Source of the DNA: Limnochordia bacterium
GTDB taxonomy: Bacteria > Bacillota > Limnochordia > DUMW01
Length of the DNA stretch: 64,000 nt
Direction of reading: 5' to 3'
NCBI GenBank assembly: GCA_023230925.1
Contig: JALNWK010000005.1
Location: forward strand, 13,111-77,110
Part shown: positions 12,174 through 21,615 of the stretch, one piece after another
How the letters are laid out: every line of letters starts with the position of its first letter
Numbering within the stretch: position 1 is the stretch's first letter
Notes under the pieces: model-generated
What the model was told of the DNA's origin: nothing
Database searches by the model: none
Seen by the model: only the letters and a program-made list of their open reading frames with translations
Position numbers and translations under genes: made by a program

Positions 12174-13370
12174 TTACTCTAGTCTTGTCACAAAGTCAGC
12201 AATTCGATCTAGGCCTCGTCTTATTTCCTCGAGAGATAGGCAGTATGAAAGCCTTACATGGTCATTTGAGCCAAAGGCAACTCCTGGCACAACCGCAACC
12301 TGTGCTTCCTGAAGCAGACTCTTGGCAAAACCCTCGGAATCCTTGATCACAAACCCATTAATGGCCTTGCCATATAACTCGCTAATATTGGGAAACACGT
12401 AGAAAGCCCCCTCGGGCCTAAAACAACTAATCCCTCTGATTTCGTTCAGTCTATCTACGATATATTGCCTACGTCGGTCAAACTGCTCACGCATTTGATA
12501 CACAGTATCATCAGGACCGACTAAAGCGGCAACAGCTGCCTGCTGTGCAATAGAATTGGGATTAGACGTACTGTGACTTTGTAGATCACAAATAGCCTTA
12601 ATGATCTCCTTAGGCCCTGCCGCATAGCCTATTCGCCAACCGGTCATGGCATAGGTTTTGGACACACCGTTGATGAGAACCGTTCGCTCCTTGAATTCCT
12701 CCACCAAGGAGGGAAAGCTAATGTGTTCCGCATCCCCATAGACCAATTTGCCATAGATCTCATCGGAGATAACTAACAAGTCATTTTCTACAGCTAATTT
12801 CCCAAGAGCAAGCAAAAACTCTTTTTTCAGAACAACTCCGGTAGGATTAGAAGGACTATTGACAATGATTGCCTTCGTACGAGGAGTAATCGCCGCTCGA
12901 ATCGCGCCAAGCTCCGGCTGAAAAGTAATTGTGTCATTCGTCTTAGCAATCACCGGCACCCCATCGGCGAGCTTAATCTGCTCAACATAGCTGACCCAAT
13001 AAGGGGCCATAACGATCACTTCATCGCCGGGGTCACATATGACCTGAAAGAGATTATAGAGGCTGTGCTTGGCCCCACAGGAAATCACGACCTGATCAGG
13101 CTCATAGGCCAGCTGATAGTCCGCCACCATCTTGTTACAGATGGCCTCCCTAAGCTCAATAATCCCGCCCGCTGGAGTATACCGGGTATATCCGGCATCC
13201 AAGGCCGCAATGGCTGCTTCTTTGATATAAAGGGGAGTCTCGAAGTCGGGCTCCCCGGCCCCAAAACCAATCACATCATGACCGGCTTTTCGCATGGCTT
13301 TCGCCATAGCATCCACACTAAGTGTGGCAGATGGAGATATGTTGGCTGCTCTATTCGATATTCTCACCAT
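12174..13370 (-). CDS. PLP-dependent aminotransferase, class I (aspartate aminotransferase-like)
   Basis: 398 aa. The SKTYAMTGWRIGY motif contains the PLP-lysine context of fold-type I aminotransferases. Confidence 0.8.
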   Translation of the reverse strand: MVRISNRAANISPSATLSVDAMAKAMRKAGHDVIGFGAGEPDFETPLYIKEAAIAALDAGYTRYTPAGGIIELREAICNKMVADYQLAYEPDQVVISCGAKHSLYNLFQVICDPGDEVIVMAPYWVSYVEQIKLADGVPVIAKTNDTITFQPELGAIRAAITPRTKAIIVNSPSNPTGVVLKKEFLLALGKLAVENDLLVISDEIYGKLVYGDAEHISFPSLVEEFKERTVLINGVSKTYAMTGWRIGYAAGPKEIIKAICDLQSHSTSNPNSIAQQAAVAALVGPDDTVYQMREQFDRRRQYIVDRLNEIRGISCFRPEGAFYVFPNISELYGKAINGFVIKDSEGFAKSLLQEAQVAVVPGVAFGSNDHVRLSYCLSLEEIRRGLDRIADFVTRLE

Positions 13371-13390
13371 TAAACGCGCATCACAGTCAC

Positions 13391-14254
13391 CTAGAGGGTA
13401 ACTGTAACTCCTCCTCTCCCTTTCGACAGCAAATGCATGTTATCTATTAGTCTAGTTGTACCAACTTTCGCCGCAATAATCAAGAGGTCTTTTTCCGTTG
13501 CCTCGTTGACAAGGGAAAAATCATCCTCACATACAACCGCGGCATAGTCTAGGGAGATCAAGGGATGCTGCATAACTTCCTTCATTTTGCCAGTAATCAC
13601 TTCAGGATTCTTTTCTCCTCCCTGCCACAACTGTAACCCAGCCAGAAGTGCTTGGTAAAGAAGAACAGCTGCTTTGCGTTCTTCCTCGCCGAGATAGATG
13701 TTTCTACTGCTTGCTGCAAGGCCATCCTCTTCCCGAATGATCGGACATGGCACTATGGTCACATCCAGGTTCAGGTCCTTGACCATTCTTCTTAGCACCG
13801 CTGCCTGCTGAGCATCCTTTTGTCCGAAATAGGCATAGTCAGGTCGGATAATATTGAACAACTTGCTAACAACTGTTGCTACTCCTCGGAAATGTCTCGG
13901 CCGAATTGCCCCTTCAAAGGAGCTACTCAGCCCTTCTACCTCAACATAAGTGCTGAATCCCTCAACGTACATCTCTCCACTGTCCGGTGCAAAGACTGCA
14001 TCCACCTTCTCTGCTTCTAGTAGGGCTAAATCTCGCTGCATATCCCGGGGATACCTGGCAAAATCCTCATTGGGACCGAACTGCGTGGGATTGACGAAAA
14101 CACTCACGAACACAACGTCATTTTCCTCTCTTGCCCTGCGCACCAAGCTTAGGTGACCTTCATGCAGGTAACCCATCGTTGGCACCAAAGCGACTCTTCC
14201 TTGGACCTTGTCCCGGTAATCGCGTACTTCTTGAATCGTCCTACAGAGTCTCAA
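13391..14254 (-). CDS. panC: Pantoate--beta-alanine ligase
   Basis: PTMGYLHEGHLSLV (HIGH-like motif) at the N-terminus and a length of 287 aa. Confidence 0.9.
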   Translation of the reverse strand: MRLCRTIQEVRDYRDKVQGRVALVPTMGYLHEGHLSLVRRAREENDVVFVSVFVNPTQFGPNEDFARYPRDMQRDLALLEAEKVDAVFAPDSGEMYVEGFSTYVEVEGLSSSFEGAIRPRHFRGVATVVSKLFNIIRPDYAYFGQKDAQQAAVLRRMVKDLNLDVTIVPCPIIREEDGLAASSRNIYLGEEERKAAVLLYQALLAGLQLWQGGEKNPEVITGKMKEVMQHPLISLDYAAVVCEDDFSLVNEATEKDLLIIAAKVGTTRLIDNMHLLSKGRGGVTVTL

Positions 14255-14266
14255 CTGACACTCCCC

Positions 14267-15040
14267 CTAACGGCCGAACCGTCCTTCTTCAACGTCCGCC
14301 TTGTACTGCGTTAAGCTTTGCCGTATAACAGAAGCCAACTTCGCATACTGCTTGGCATGTTTGGGGACAAAATCCTCCTGCATTCCTAACAGATCGGTGA
14401 TAACCTGCACTTGACCATCGCAGTCTGGACCTGCCGCAATTCCAATCGTGGGAATTCCAACGGAACCAGTGATCCTTGCTGCTAGTTCGCCAGGAATCCC
14501 CTCAAGCACTACAGTAAAAGCCCCACTTTCTTCTAGAGCCTTGGCATCGTCTACTAGTTTCTGGGCCTGTTGCGCTGTCTTCCCCTGGATCCGATAGCCA
14601 CCCTGTTGATTAATCGATTGGGGAAGCAAGCCAATGTGACCCACCACCGGTATACCTGCCTCCACCAAGCGGCGCACTACCCCGGCAACCTCTTGCCCAC
14701 CTTCTAGTTTGACCGCATGGCACCCTCCTTCCTGTAAGAAACGACCAGCGTTCATCAATGCTACTTCCTCGGTAGCATAGCTCATGAAAGGAAGGTCCCC
14801 AACAACCAGAGAGTTACTCACGCCCTGCATGACCGCCCTGGTATGATGCAACATATGCTCCATAGTCACTGGTACGGTAGTGGGTAGACCCATATACGTC
14901 ATCCCAACACTGTCTCCCACTAAAATTAGGGGGATACCTACAGAGTCCACGATCTTCGCCATTAGCGCATCGTAGGCAGTGACCATGGTGATCTTTTTTT
15001 GTCCTTTCATACTGCGAATATCTGTAGTGGTTATACTCAT
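14267..15040 (-). CDS. panB: 3-methyl-2-oxobutanoate hydroxymethyltransferase
   Basis: KITMVTAYD...LVGDS near the N-terminus, 257 aa, adjacent to panC and panD. Confidence 0.9.
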   Translation of the reverse strand: MSITTTDIRSMKGQKKITMVTAYDALMAKIVDSVGIPLILVGDSVGMTYMGLPTTVPVTMEHMLHHTRAVMQGVSNSLVVGDLPFMSYATEEVALMNAGRFLQEGGCHAVKLEGGQEVAGVVRRLVEAGIPVVGHIGLLPQSINQQGGYRIQGKTAQQAQKLVDDAKALEESGAFTVVLEGIPGELAARITGSVGIPTIGIAAGPDCDGQVQVITDLLGMQEDFVPKHAKQYAKLASVIRQSLTQYKADVEEGRFGR

Positions 15041-15042
15041 AT

Positions 15043-15402
15043 CTATGCCTCCTTGGCCTTTTTCGGACGATTATGCTGATCCAGTAATATGATCCGAGGC
15101 TCATACTCACGAGCTGTAGCCTCATCAACCCAAGTGTAGGAAAAAATAATTACAAGATCATCCGGGAAAATAAGACGGGCCGCCGCTCCGTTTATCTGAA
15201 TGCAGCCACTATCCCTCTCACCTGGTATAACGTAGGTTTCAAGTCGTGCCCCGTTGGTCACATCCACAACTTGCACTTTTTCCCACGGCACTAGATCAGC
15301 TAGTTCCATTAATCCCTCGTCTATGGTGATACTACCTTCGTAGTTAACATTGGCATCGGTGACTCTAGCTCGATGCAGCTTGCTTTTAAGCATATTCCGC
15401 AT
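15043..15402 (-). CDS. panD: Aspartate 1-decarboxylase
   Basis: Start trimmed to [28 protein letters not shown]. The pyruvoyl-forming GS site is present. About 120 aa. Confidence 0.9.
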   Translation of the reverse strand: MRNMLKSKLHRARVTDANVNYEGSITIDEGLMELADLVPWEKVQVVDVTNGARLETYVIPGERDSGCIQINGAAARLIFPDDLVIIFSYTWVDEATAREYEPRIILLDQHNRPKKAKEA

Positions 15403-16303
15403 TGCCCATCCTCCCTTCTTGTTTAAAGACATCCATGAGGATCTCGTATTGCCTATCTGTTATTGTCCCCTTTTCCCAAGCTACATTCACTGTTAACCGT
15501 CCAAGGGTTACGTATAGGGCCTGCAAATCTGGATTCCCTAGCTCCTGTAGCGCCTTAAGATGCGTAAGGACTGTCCCCGTATCTCCCCGGGCAATGGGTC
15601 CACTCAACGCTTCCTTTGAGCCAACCCGCTGGATATTATCACAGGTAGCTAGGATCAAAGGCAAAAGGGCTTCTAATCCTTCCTCTTGGGTAAACCCAAC
15701 GGTACAGAACAGATCCAATGCCGCGTCAACCAAAGCAACCAGGTAATTAGATGCTATGACTCCACAAATATGGTACAAGACACGCTTCTCTCCGGCAACG
15801 GTCAAGGCCCCTTGACCAATAGCCTCCGCCAAGGAAATCAGAGCATCTTGGAGGGTATCATCATCACTTTCAACTCCAAAGAAAGTCCGTTGAAATCGTT
15901 CTTTACTCAAGCTACGACTAGGAAAGCTACTTAACGGGTGGAACGCTCCCCGCCGACCACCGGCGCTATGCACCGCGCCTAGCACGTCAAGACTATGGGC
16001 TCCGCTACAATGGATTACGATACTTTGCGCGTTCCAAGCTAACTCATCACAGACCTTCTTGATCTGATCATCGGAGACCGTAAGAAACACCGTCTGACAC
16101 AAAGCTACTAGCTCCTCTGGAGTGCAAACCTTTCCTTGTTTGAGCCCATCGGCCAACTCTAATGCCCTAGCCTCGGTGCGGCTGGCAATAGCCACAGGAC
16201 CTAGGCCCGCTTTTTGAAGAGCATAGCCTAGACCAAAACCAACAGCACCAGCACCAATAATGCCGATGTCTCCAAAATAAGTTGCCAATTGACCACTATG
16301 CAT
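15386..16303 (-). CDS. Rossmann-fold NAD(P)-binding protein (DUF2520-like); candidate ketopantoate reductase
   Basis: [17 protein letters not shown] dinucleotide-binding motif, start MHSGQ with RBS GGTGAGGA. It is embedded between coaBC and panD, and no panE is present in the window. The family assignment is from memory. Confidence 0.5.
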   Translation of the reverse strand: MHSGQLATYFGDIGIIGAGAVGFGLGYALQKAGLGPVAIASRTEARALELADGLKQGKVCTPEELVALCQTVFLTVSDDQIKKVCDELAWNAQSIVIHCSGAHSLDVLGAVHSAGGRRGAFHPLSSFPSRSLSKERFQRTFFGVESDDDTLQDALISLAEAIGQGALTVAGEKRVLYHICGVIASNYLVALVDAALDLFCTVGFTQEEGLEALLPLILATCDNIQRVGSKEALSGPIARGDTGTVLTHLKALQELGNPDLQALYVTLGRLTVNVAWEKGTITDRQYEILMDVFKQEGRMGNAEYA

Positions 16304-16310
16304 TTCCTCA

Positions 16311-16348
16311 CCCCCCAAAACAAAAAACCTGCAGTTTGACCGCAGGTT
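16311..16348 (-). terminator. Intrinsic terminator-like hairpin abutting the RBS of the DUF2520 gene
   Basis: AACCTGC-AGTTTGACC-GCAGGTT, followed on the minus strand by TTTTTTGTTTTGGGGGG, which runs directly into GGTGAGGAAATG. Confidence 0.55.
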
Positions 16349-16463
16349 GACTTTACTATCCAGTAAGAACCGTCTCGGTCATTTGGATCCAAGCGGCAAA
16401 CACTATTACTGATACCCAAAGCAATTAGCTTTGTATATTATCTTTTTAATGATACAGCATATG

Positions 16464-17657
16464 CTACTTTTCGGCAAGTAGATTTTGCAGTCGATCTAGA
16501 ATTTTCGTTGCCATCCTTTCTTTCTCCATCATAGGCCAATGCTCCGTGGTGCCTTCTCGATCCATGATCACCACTTGATTGGTCTCAGACTCAAATCCGC
16601 GGCCGGGCTGCCCTACCAAGTTGCCCACGATTAGATCAAGATTCTTCTTGAGTATTTTCTCCTTCATAGCAGGCAACAGATTCTCTGTTTCTGCGGCAAA
16701 ACCAATTTTAATAAAATCACCGTTGGTGCTGGCTAGAATATCCGGGTTCTGGACCAAGTCTATCGTCAGCCGCTCTTGCTTTTTCTGCTTGCTTAAAGCT
16801 GCATTTTCCACCCGATAGTCGGCAACAGCCGCAGACATAATCAACGCATCACAAGACTTAGTATGTTCTTGCACTGCTGCTAGCATTTCCAAGGCAGTCT
16901 CAACCCCAACAAACTCCACGCCAACCGGCGGGGTCAATTCCGTCGGACCTGAGATCAACACGACCTGGGCACCCCGATCCCGCGCCTCCCTGGCTATATA
17001 AACTCCGGTCTTGCCAGAGGAACGATTCCCGATAAAGCGTACCGGATCAATAGGCTCTCGATTGCCGCCCCCAGTGACCACTATTTTTTTCCCGGCCAAG
17101 TCTCCCGCATCCCCGAGGACCAGACGCACCGTATCCACGATCAGGTCCACAGAAGCAAGACGACCTTGTCCAATCATTCCACAGGCCAATCTACCGGAGG
17201 CCGGCTCAACAAAGCGCATCCCCCGGTCTTTGAGTCTTTGGATGTTCTCCTGGGTAATGGAGTTTAGATACATGTTTGTGTTCATTGCCGGAGCGATTAC
17301 CACAGGCGCCTTGGAGGCCAAGACTGTACAAGTTAGTAAATCATCTGCCAGACCTGAAGCCAGCTTTGCCAAACAGTTAGCAGTAGCCGGGGCAATTAGA
17401 ACCAAATCCGCGCTCTGTGCTAAGGATATATGTTCCACATCGTAATTATCTGGTAGAGCAAACATATCCGTGTGCACTTTACTGTTAGCGATGTTCTGCA
17501 ATGTTAGTGGCCCTATAAACTCCATGGCAGCCTTAGTCATGATCACGTCAACTATTGCTCCTGCTTTGACTAGATCACTGCAAATCTGAGCCCCTTTGTA
17601 AGCTGCGATACTTCCGGTGATGCCAAGTACTACTCTTTTACCCTGCATTTCTACCAC
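16464..17657 (-). CDS. coaBC: Bifunctional phosphopantothenoylcysteine decarboxylase / phosphopantothenate-cysteine ligase
   Basis: An N-terminal flavoprotein domain (VVLGITGSIAAYK) and a C-terminal DFP ligase domain, total about 397 aa. Confidence 0.9.
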   Translation of the reverse strand: MVEMQGKRVVLGITGSIAAYKGAQICSDLVKAGAIVDVIMTKAAMEFIGPLTLQNIANSKVHTDMFALPDNYDVEHISLAQSADLVLIAPATANCLAKLASGLADDLLTCTVLASKAPVVIAPAMNTNMYLNSITQENIQRLKDRGMRFVEPASGRLACGMIGQGRLASVDLIVDTVRLVLGDAGDLAGKKIVVTGGGNREPIDPVRFIGNRSSGKTGVYIAREARDRGAQVVLISGPTELTPPVGVEFVGVETALEMLAAVQEHTKSCDALIMSAAVADYRVENAALSKQKKQERLTIDLVQNPDILASTNGDFIKIGFAAETENLLPAMKEKILKKNLDLIVGNLVGQPGRGFESETNQVVIMDREGTTEHWPMMEKERMATKILDRLQNLLAEK

Positions 17658-18418
17658 CCATTCAACTTGGCAATAATTTGTAGTCCTTTCAGGGTCAGCT
17701 CGGGATCATGTGTATACCGATCCTTAAACTCATTGATCAAAACCCCGCCTTGTCCCCCGGTAAAAACAACATAGGGTTCCTCATTAAGTTCGTTGGCAAT
17801 CTTATCTAAGATGTACTCGATTAAACCAATATACCCAAACACAATACCAGACTGCATGCACTCTTCAGTATTGCGTCCGATTGCGCGTACTGGTCGGTTT
17901 AGCTCCACCCGTTTCAGTTTAGCTGTGCGAACAACAAGAGCATCGGATACCATGCCAACACCAGGTGCAATTGCCCCTCCGATATATTCCCCTTTGTCTG
18001 TAACCACATCGAAGCTAATAGCAGTTCCGCAATCGACAACGATCGCTGGCGTTGGATAGAACTGATAGGTGGCTACTGCATTTACAATGCGGTCGGCACC
18101 CACTTCCCGGGGGTTATCCCCGCGCACCTTGATCCCGCTTTTTACTCCTGGACCAACAACTAATGCGTCAACAGCCCAAAGATGCCGTACAGTTTCAGTG
18201 ATAAGGGGAGTAACATTTGGCACTACACTACTTATAACACAACCATGGACTAGACCATTTGAGGAATCTACTTCTTCAAGAAAGGCCCGAAACATTAACC
18301 GATATTCGTCGATTGTCCGGTCTGAGCGGGTGGCTATCCGCCAGGTTTTTAGCAGGCATTCGCCCTTGAACGCTCCGATTGTGATATTAGTATTTCCCAC
18401 ATCGATAGTCAGCAACAC
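17651..18418 (-). CDS. coaX: Type III pantothenate kinase
   Basis: MLLTIDVGNTNITIGAF N-terminus of the ASKHA fold, 255 aa. Confidence 0.9.
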   Translation of the reverse strand: MLLTIDVGNTNITIGAFKGECLLKTWRIATRSDRTIDEYRLMFRAFLEEVDSSNGLVHGCVISSVVPNVTPLITETVRHLWAVDALVVGPGVKSGIKVRGDNPREVGADRIVNAVATYQFYPTPAIVVDCGTAISFDVVTDKGEYIGGAIAPGVGMVSDALVVRTAKLKRVELNRPVRAIGRNTEECMQSGIVFGYIGLIEYILDKIANELNEEPYVVFTGGQGGVLINEFKDRYTHDPELTLKGLQIIAKLNGW

Positions 18419-18946
18419 CAGACAACTCCTCCTTTATAGAATTCATCATATCACACCCCGATAATGCTGCCAAGATATAGAAGGAAAAAGGGCCTGGAGT
18501 GTTGAAGTATTGTAGACTGTAAATCTTTGATGATGAGACGTAAGAGTATAGTACCCACTAATAGAATCAGGCTCACTGTTCAAAGTGGTGACCGGGGTAA
18601 CTTCGATGAGCAGTTACCTAAGGGTACGGTAAATTGGCTTCCGTAGAACTCACCGGGGTCATATCTGTTGGTGATGGGAAAGTCGAAGGCTGTGCAGTAC
18701 CTATCCTACTAGATCTTAGTTGGTGAGGGAAGCGCACAAATGCCAGTATGATTTTCCCATAGTCTAAGGGAATACACAAAGTGTAAATACTAAAGGAACA
18801 GGTCGGTCGTTTTGCCCTCAGCAGACAAGGTTTACCAGGGGTTTCTCAAAGGACACTTTCGAATATGAAGAAGATAGATATGAAGGAGGGAAACCGAGGG
18901 AATCCTGCGTTCCTCGAATCCAAAGACTTGAAATAACGCAACCTCG

Positions 18947-19570
18947 GTGTGTGGAGTGGTCTATACACTGTACAGACTGTTTTGGTCTGTCGTTTTTAAG
19001 ATTAGATATCGATGGGAAATTGTAGGGACAGAATACATTCCGAAGAAGGGTCCCTTTATTCTGGCACCAAACCACGTGACTTTTTATGATTCTATCTTTG
19101 TCTTCATTGCCTGTCCGCGGAAGGTCCACTTCATGGCTAAGCAAGAGTTATTTAACTCCTTCTTTTCCCGGGTCTTTCTCACCATGCTAGGAGGATTTCC
19201 TGTTAAACGAGGGAAAAGTGATCGGAGAGCAATCTGCAAAGCCATATCCCTGTTAAAGGAGGGTAAGGCAGTCGGAATCTTCTTTGAAGGTGAACGTTCG
19301 AACGACTTGTTAGTATACAAGCCTCTGCCCGGGGTTGCAATGCTAGCCACGAGCTTGGAAGTTCCCATCATTCCCTGCGCTATTGTCCCAGAAAAACACA
19401 ACATGCGCGTAGCCTTTGGGCCACCGATTTCGGAGAAAAAACCCCAAGACCCAGCAAAGAAGCATCTTGTCTATGAGCAAGTCAACAAGTTGTTCATAGA
19501 CGAGGTATTACGATTGGGAGATGGAAAACTAACCTATGTCAATCAATTCATCGACCCAATCATCGAATAA
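18947..19570 (+). CDS. plsC: 1-acyl-sn-glycerol-3-phosphate acyltransferase (LPLAT family)
   Basis: Acyltransferase motifs APNHVTFYD (HX4D) and FPVKRG are present. The start is uncertain. Confidence 0.8.
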   Translation: MCGVVYTLYRLFWSVVFKIRYRWEIVGTEYIPKKGPFILAPNHVTFYDSIFVFIACPRKVHFMAKQELFNSFFSRVFLTMLGGFPVKRGKSDRRAICKAISLLKEGKAVGIFFEGERSNDLLVYKPLPGVAMLATSLEVPIIPCAIVPEKHNMRVAFGPPISEKKPQDPAKKHLVYEQVNKLFIDEVLRLGDGKLTYVNQFIDPIIE

Positions 19571-19591
19571 ATCATATCCTTTAAAGCTATA

Positions 19592-20818
19592 TTAGTCGTC
19601 CTGCCTAAAACCCACCTTGCCACCGACCAAGGTCATCCGCGCAGAGTAATCCCGGTTTAGAACCGCGATATCTGCGTCCAACCCCGGCTCGATACGGCCC
19701 TTACTCTGCAGCCCTAGGCGCTTTGCAGGAGTGGTTGAAGCCATCTGCACCGCATTCTCCAGGGGAATACCCACATCACTGACCGCCACACCTAAGCACT
19801 GATTAAGACCCGCTACACTACCTGCAAGCACACCAGGACTATCGGCAAGATTAGCTCTGGAGCCCCGAATCTCAATGTGCTGATCCCAACACTCGTATAC
19901 CCCATCGGGTAGCCCCGCTAGGGGTACACTATCACTGATCAGGATCATCTTGTCCGGTCCTTTTAGCTTGTAGGCGATCTCAATTGCAGCTGGATGCAAA
20001 TGATTACCGTCGGCAATAATCTCGATATACATCTGTTCGGAGTTCAAGAACGCCCCCGCCAGCCCCGGATCCCGTTTCTTGAAATCCGGACAAGCGTTAA
20101 ATGCATGAACCGCATGGTCAGCACCAGAGGCCACTGCCTGCTTTGCGAGTTCATAGGTTGGTTTACAATGACCCAAGGCAGCTATGATCCCCCGCGAGGT
20201 ACACTCCTCAATGAGTTTTAGCGCCCCGGGCAATTCCGGCGCCACAAGCATTATTCGTAGCATGTCCTCACACTCATCTAGAAGTGGTAAGTACTCACCG
20301 GGCACCGGGTTTCGAACATGCTCCAAAGGCTGAGCTCCCCGGTACTCGGGATTCATGTACGGACCTTCGAAGTAAACTCCGAGGATGTTGGCACCACCAT
20401 GACTCTTCCCTTGGGCAATGCGTGCGGCCTTGGTGGTTTGGTACATGGTCTGTAGCCTAGTGGCTGTCAGTGTTGGCAAGAAAGAAGTCACTCCAAACCT
20501 AAGCATGTTCCTTGCTAACTTGGCCATGTCCTGCCAATCTGCAGTCAATACCTCCAACCCACCACTGCCATGGGTATGGATATCGATTAGGCCCGGTAGG
20601 ACAAGACAGCCCAACACATCAATGGTCTCAGAATCCGACGACGCACATAATGCGTCCATCGGTCCTACCTCGGCAATACAGCCATTACTAAGACCCACAT
20701 ATCCTGGGGAGATGATCCCAGTTGGGGTCACTACACTTCCATTGATAATATAAGTTATTCCCCGCAATTCATAGCACCCCTGACTTTTTGGCTCGCTTTT
20801 CAACCTTATACCCGGCAA
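19592..20818 (-). CDS. nagA: N-acetylglucosamine-6-phosphate deacetylase / amidohydrolase-family enzyme
   Basis: GLIDIHTHGSGG metal-binding motif, about 400 aa. The N-terminus probably starts downstream of the listed ATG. Confidence 0.75.
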   Translation of the reverse strand: MPGIRLKSEPKSQGCYELRGITYIINGSVVTPTGIISPGYVGLSNGCIAEVGPMDALCASSDSETIDVLGCLVLPGLIDIHTHGSGGLEVLTADWQDMAKLARNMLRFGVTSFLPTLTATRLQTMYQTTKAARIAQGKSHGGANILGVYFEGPYMNPEYRGAQPLEHVRNPVPGEYLPLLDECEDMLRIMLVAPELPGALKLIEECTSRGIIAALGHCKPTYELAKQAVASGADHAVHAFNACPDFKKRDPGLAGAFLNSEQMYIEIIADGNHLHPAAIEIAYKLKGPDKMILISDSVPLAGLPDGVYECWDQHIEIRGSRANLADSPGVLAGSVAGLNQCLGVAVSDVGIPLENAVQMASTTPAKRLGLQSKGRIEPGLDADIAVLNRDYSARMTLVGGKVGFRQDD

Positions 20819-21608
20819 CCATCAATAAAACCATGGACACAAGAACACTTCCCATACTAGTGAGGAAGGCACCATTGAAGCCAAGAAAATAAGTTCCGAC
20901 AGGGATCCAATGCCAAATCTGAAAGCCCAGGTAGATTACCCCAATCTCGATTAGTGTACTGGCAACACTAACCCAGGAAATCATCTTCTTCAGATCCTCA
21001 TGGCGCCGCTTCTGTATCACTAGATCCACTACATAGGTACCACCTTGGTACATAACCAACGGTGCAGCGATACACAAGAGCACAATCTGAACAATGAAAA
21101 AGACCAGACCTTTTCTCTCTACCGAGTAATCAATCCCTAGGGTAGGCCAAGCCTGCGACGTTGTTCCCGTGTATTTGTAGTGATTCAGGGTACCTTTGGT
21201 TTCCACCGTATGAGAGACAGTGTCTAGGTCACCAGCCAGTTCCCACCCTATGGCGGTATCCACGGTCACCGTACACTCAGTCTCAGCAAATCTTTCAAAC
21301 ACAGACACAATCTCACCTAAAGGCAATGAATAGCTAATACGTCCATCAATACGCGGTGGTCGGCCATATAGGGCACCGCTGTTTTTCTCCGACACCGCGA
21401 TTTTAGTCATGTCCTGGCCTAGAATGCTTTCGACTTTGTCTAGATCTTTAATTACTTCCTGCTGGTCAACGTCTTGAGGATAAATCACCTCAAATACTAG
21501 GTTCGGATATGTATCAATGGTTAATTTCAGCGGCTCAACGGCAAAAGCTAGGTTGGGTAGGAGTACTATACATATTGCCACCACTTGTATCCATTTTCTA
21601 AACATCAC
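20769..21608 (-). CDS. Hypothetical membrane protein (signal peptide, extracytoplasmic domain, 3-4 C-terminal TM helices)
   Basis: N-terminal VAICIVLLPNLAFA; the C-terminal half is hydrophobic. No family recognised. Confidence 0.45.
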   Translation of the reverse strand: MMFRKWIQVVAICIVLLPNLAFAVEPLKLTIDTYPNLVFEVIYPQDVDQQEVIKDLDKVESILGQDMTKIAVSEKNSGALYGRPPRIDGRISYSLPLGEIVSVFERFAETECTVTVDTAIGWELAGDLDTVSHTVETKGTLNHYKYTGTTSQAWPTLGIDYSVERKGLVFFIVQIVLLCIAAPLVMYQGGTYVVDLVIQKRRHEDLKKMISWVSVASTLIEIGVIYLGFQIWHWIPVGTYFLGFNGAFLTSMGSVLVSMVLLMVAGYKVEKRAKKSGVL

Positions 21609-21615
21609 AATCCCC

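Noticed and set aside
18818-19144. 108-aa minus-strand ORF spanning the coaX-plsC intergenic region and the plsC 5' end
   Set aside because: It has no RBS, no homology signal and unusual composition, and it overlaps the plsC start. It is more likely non-coding; see the intergenic finding.
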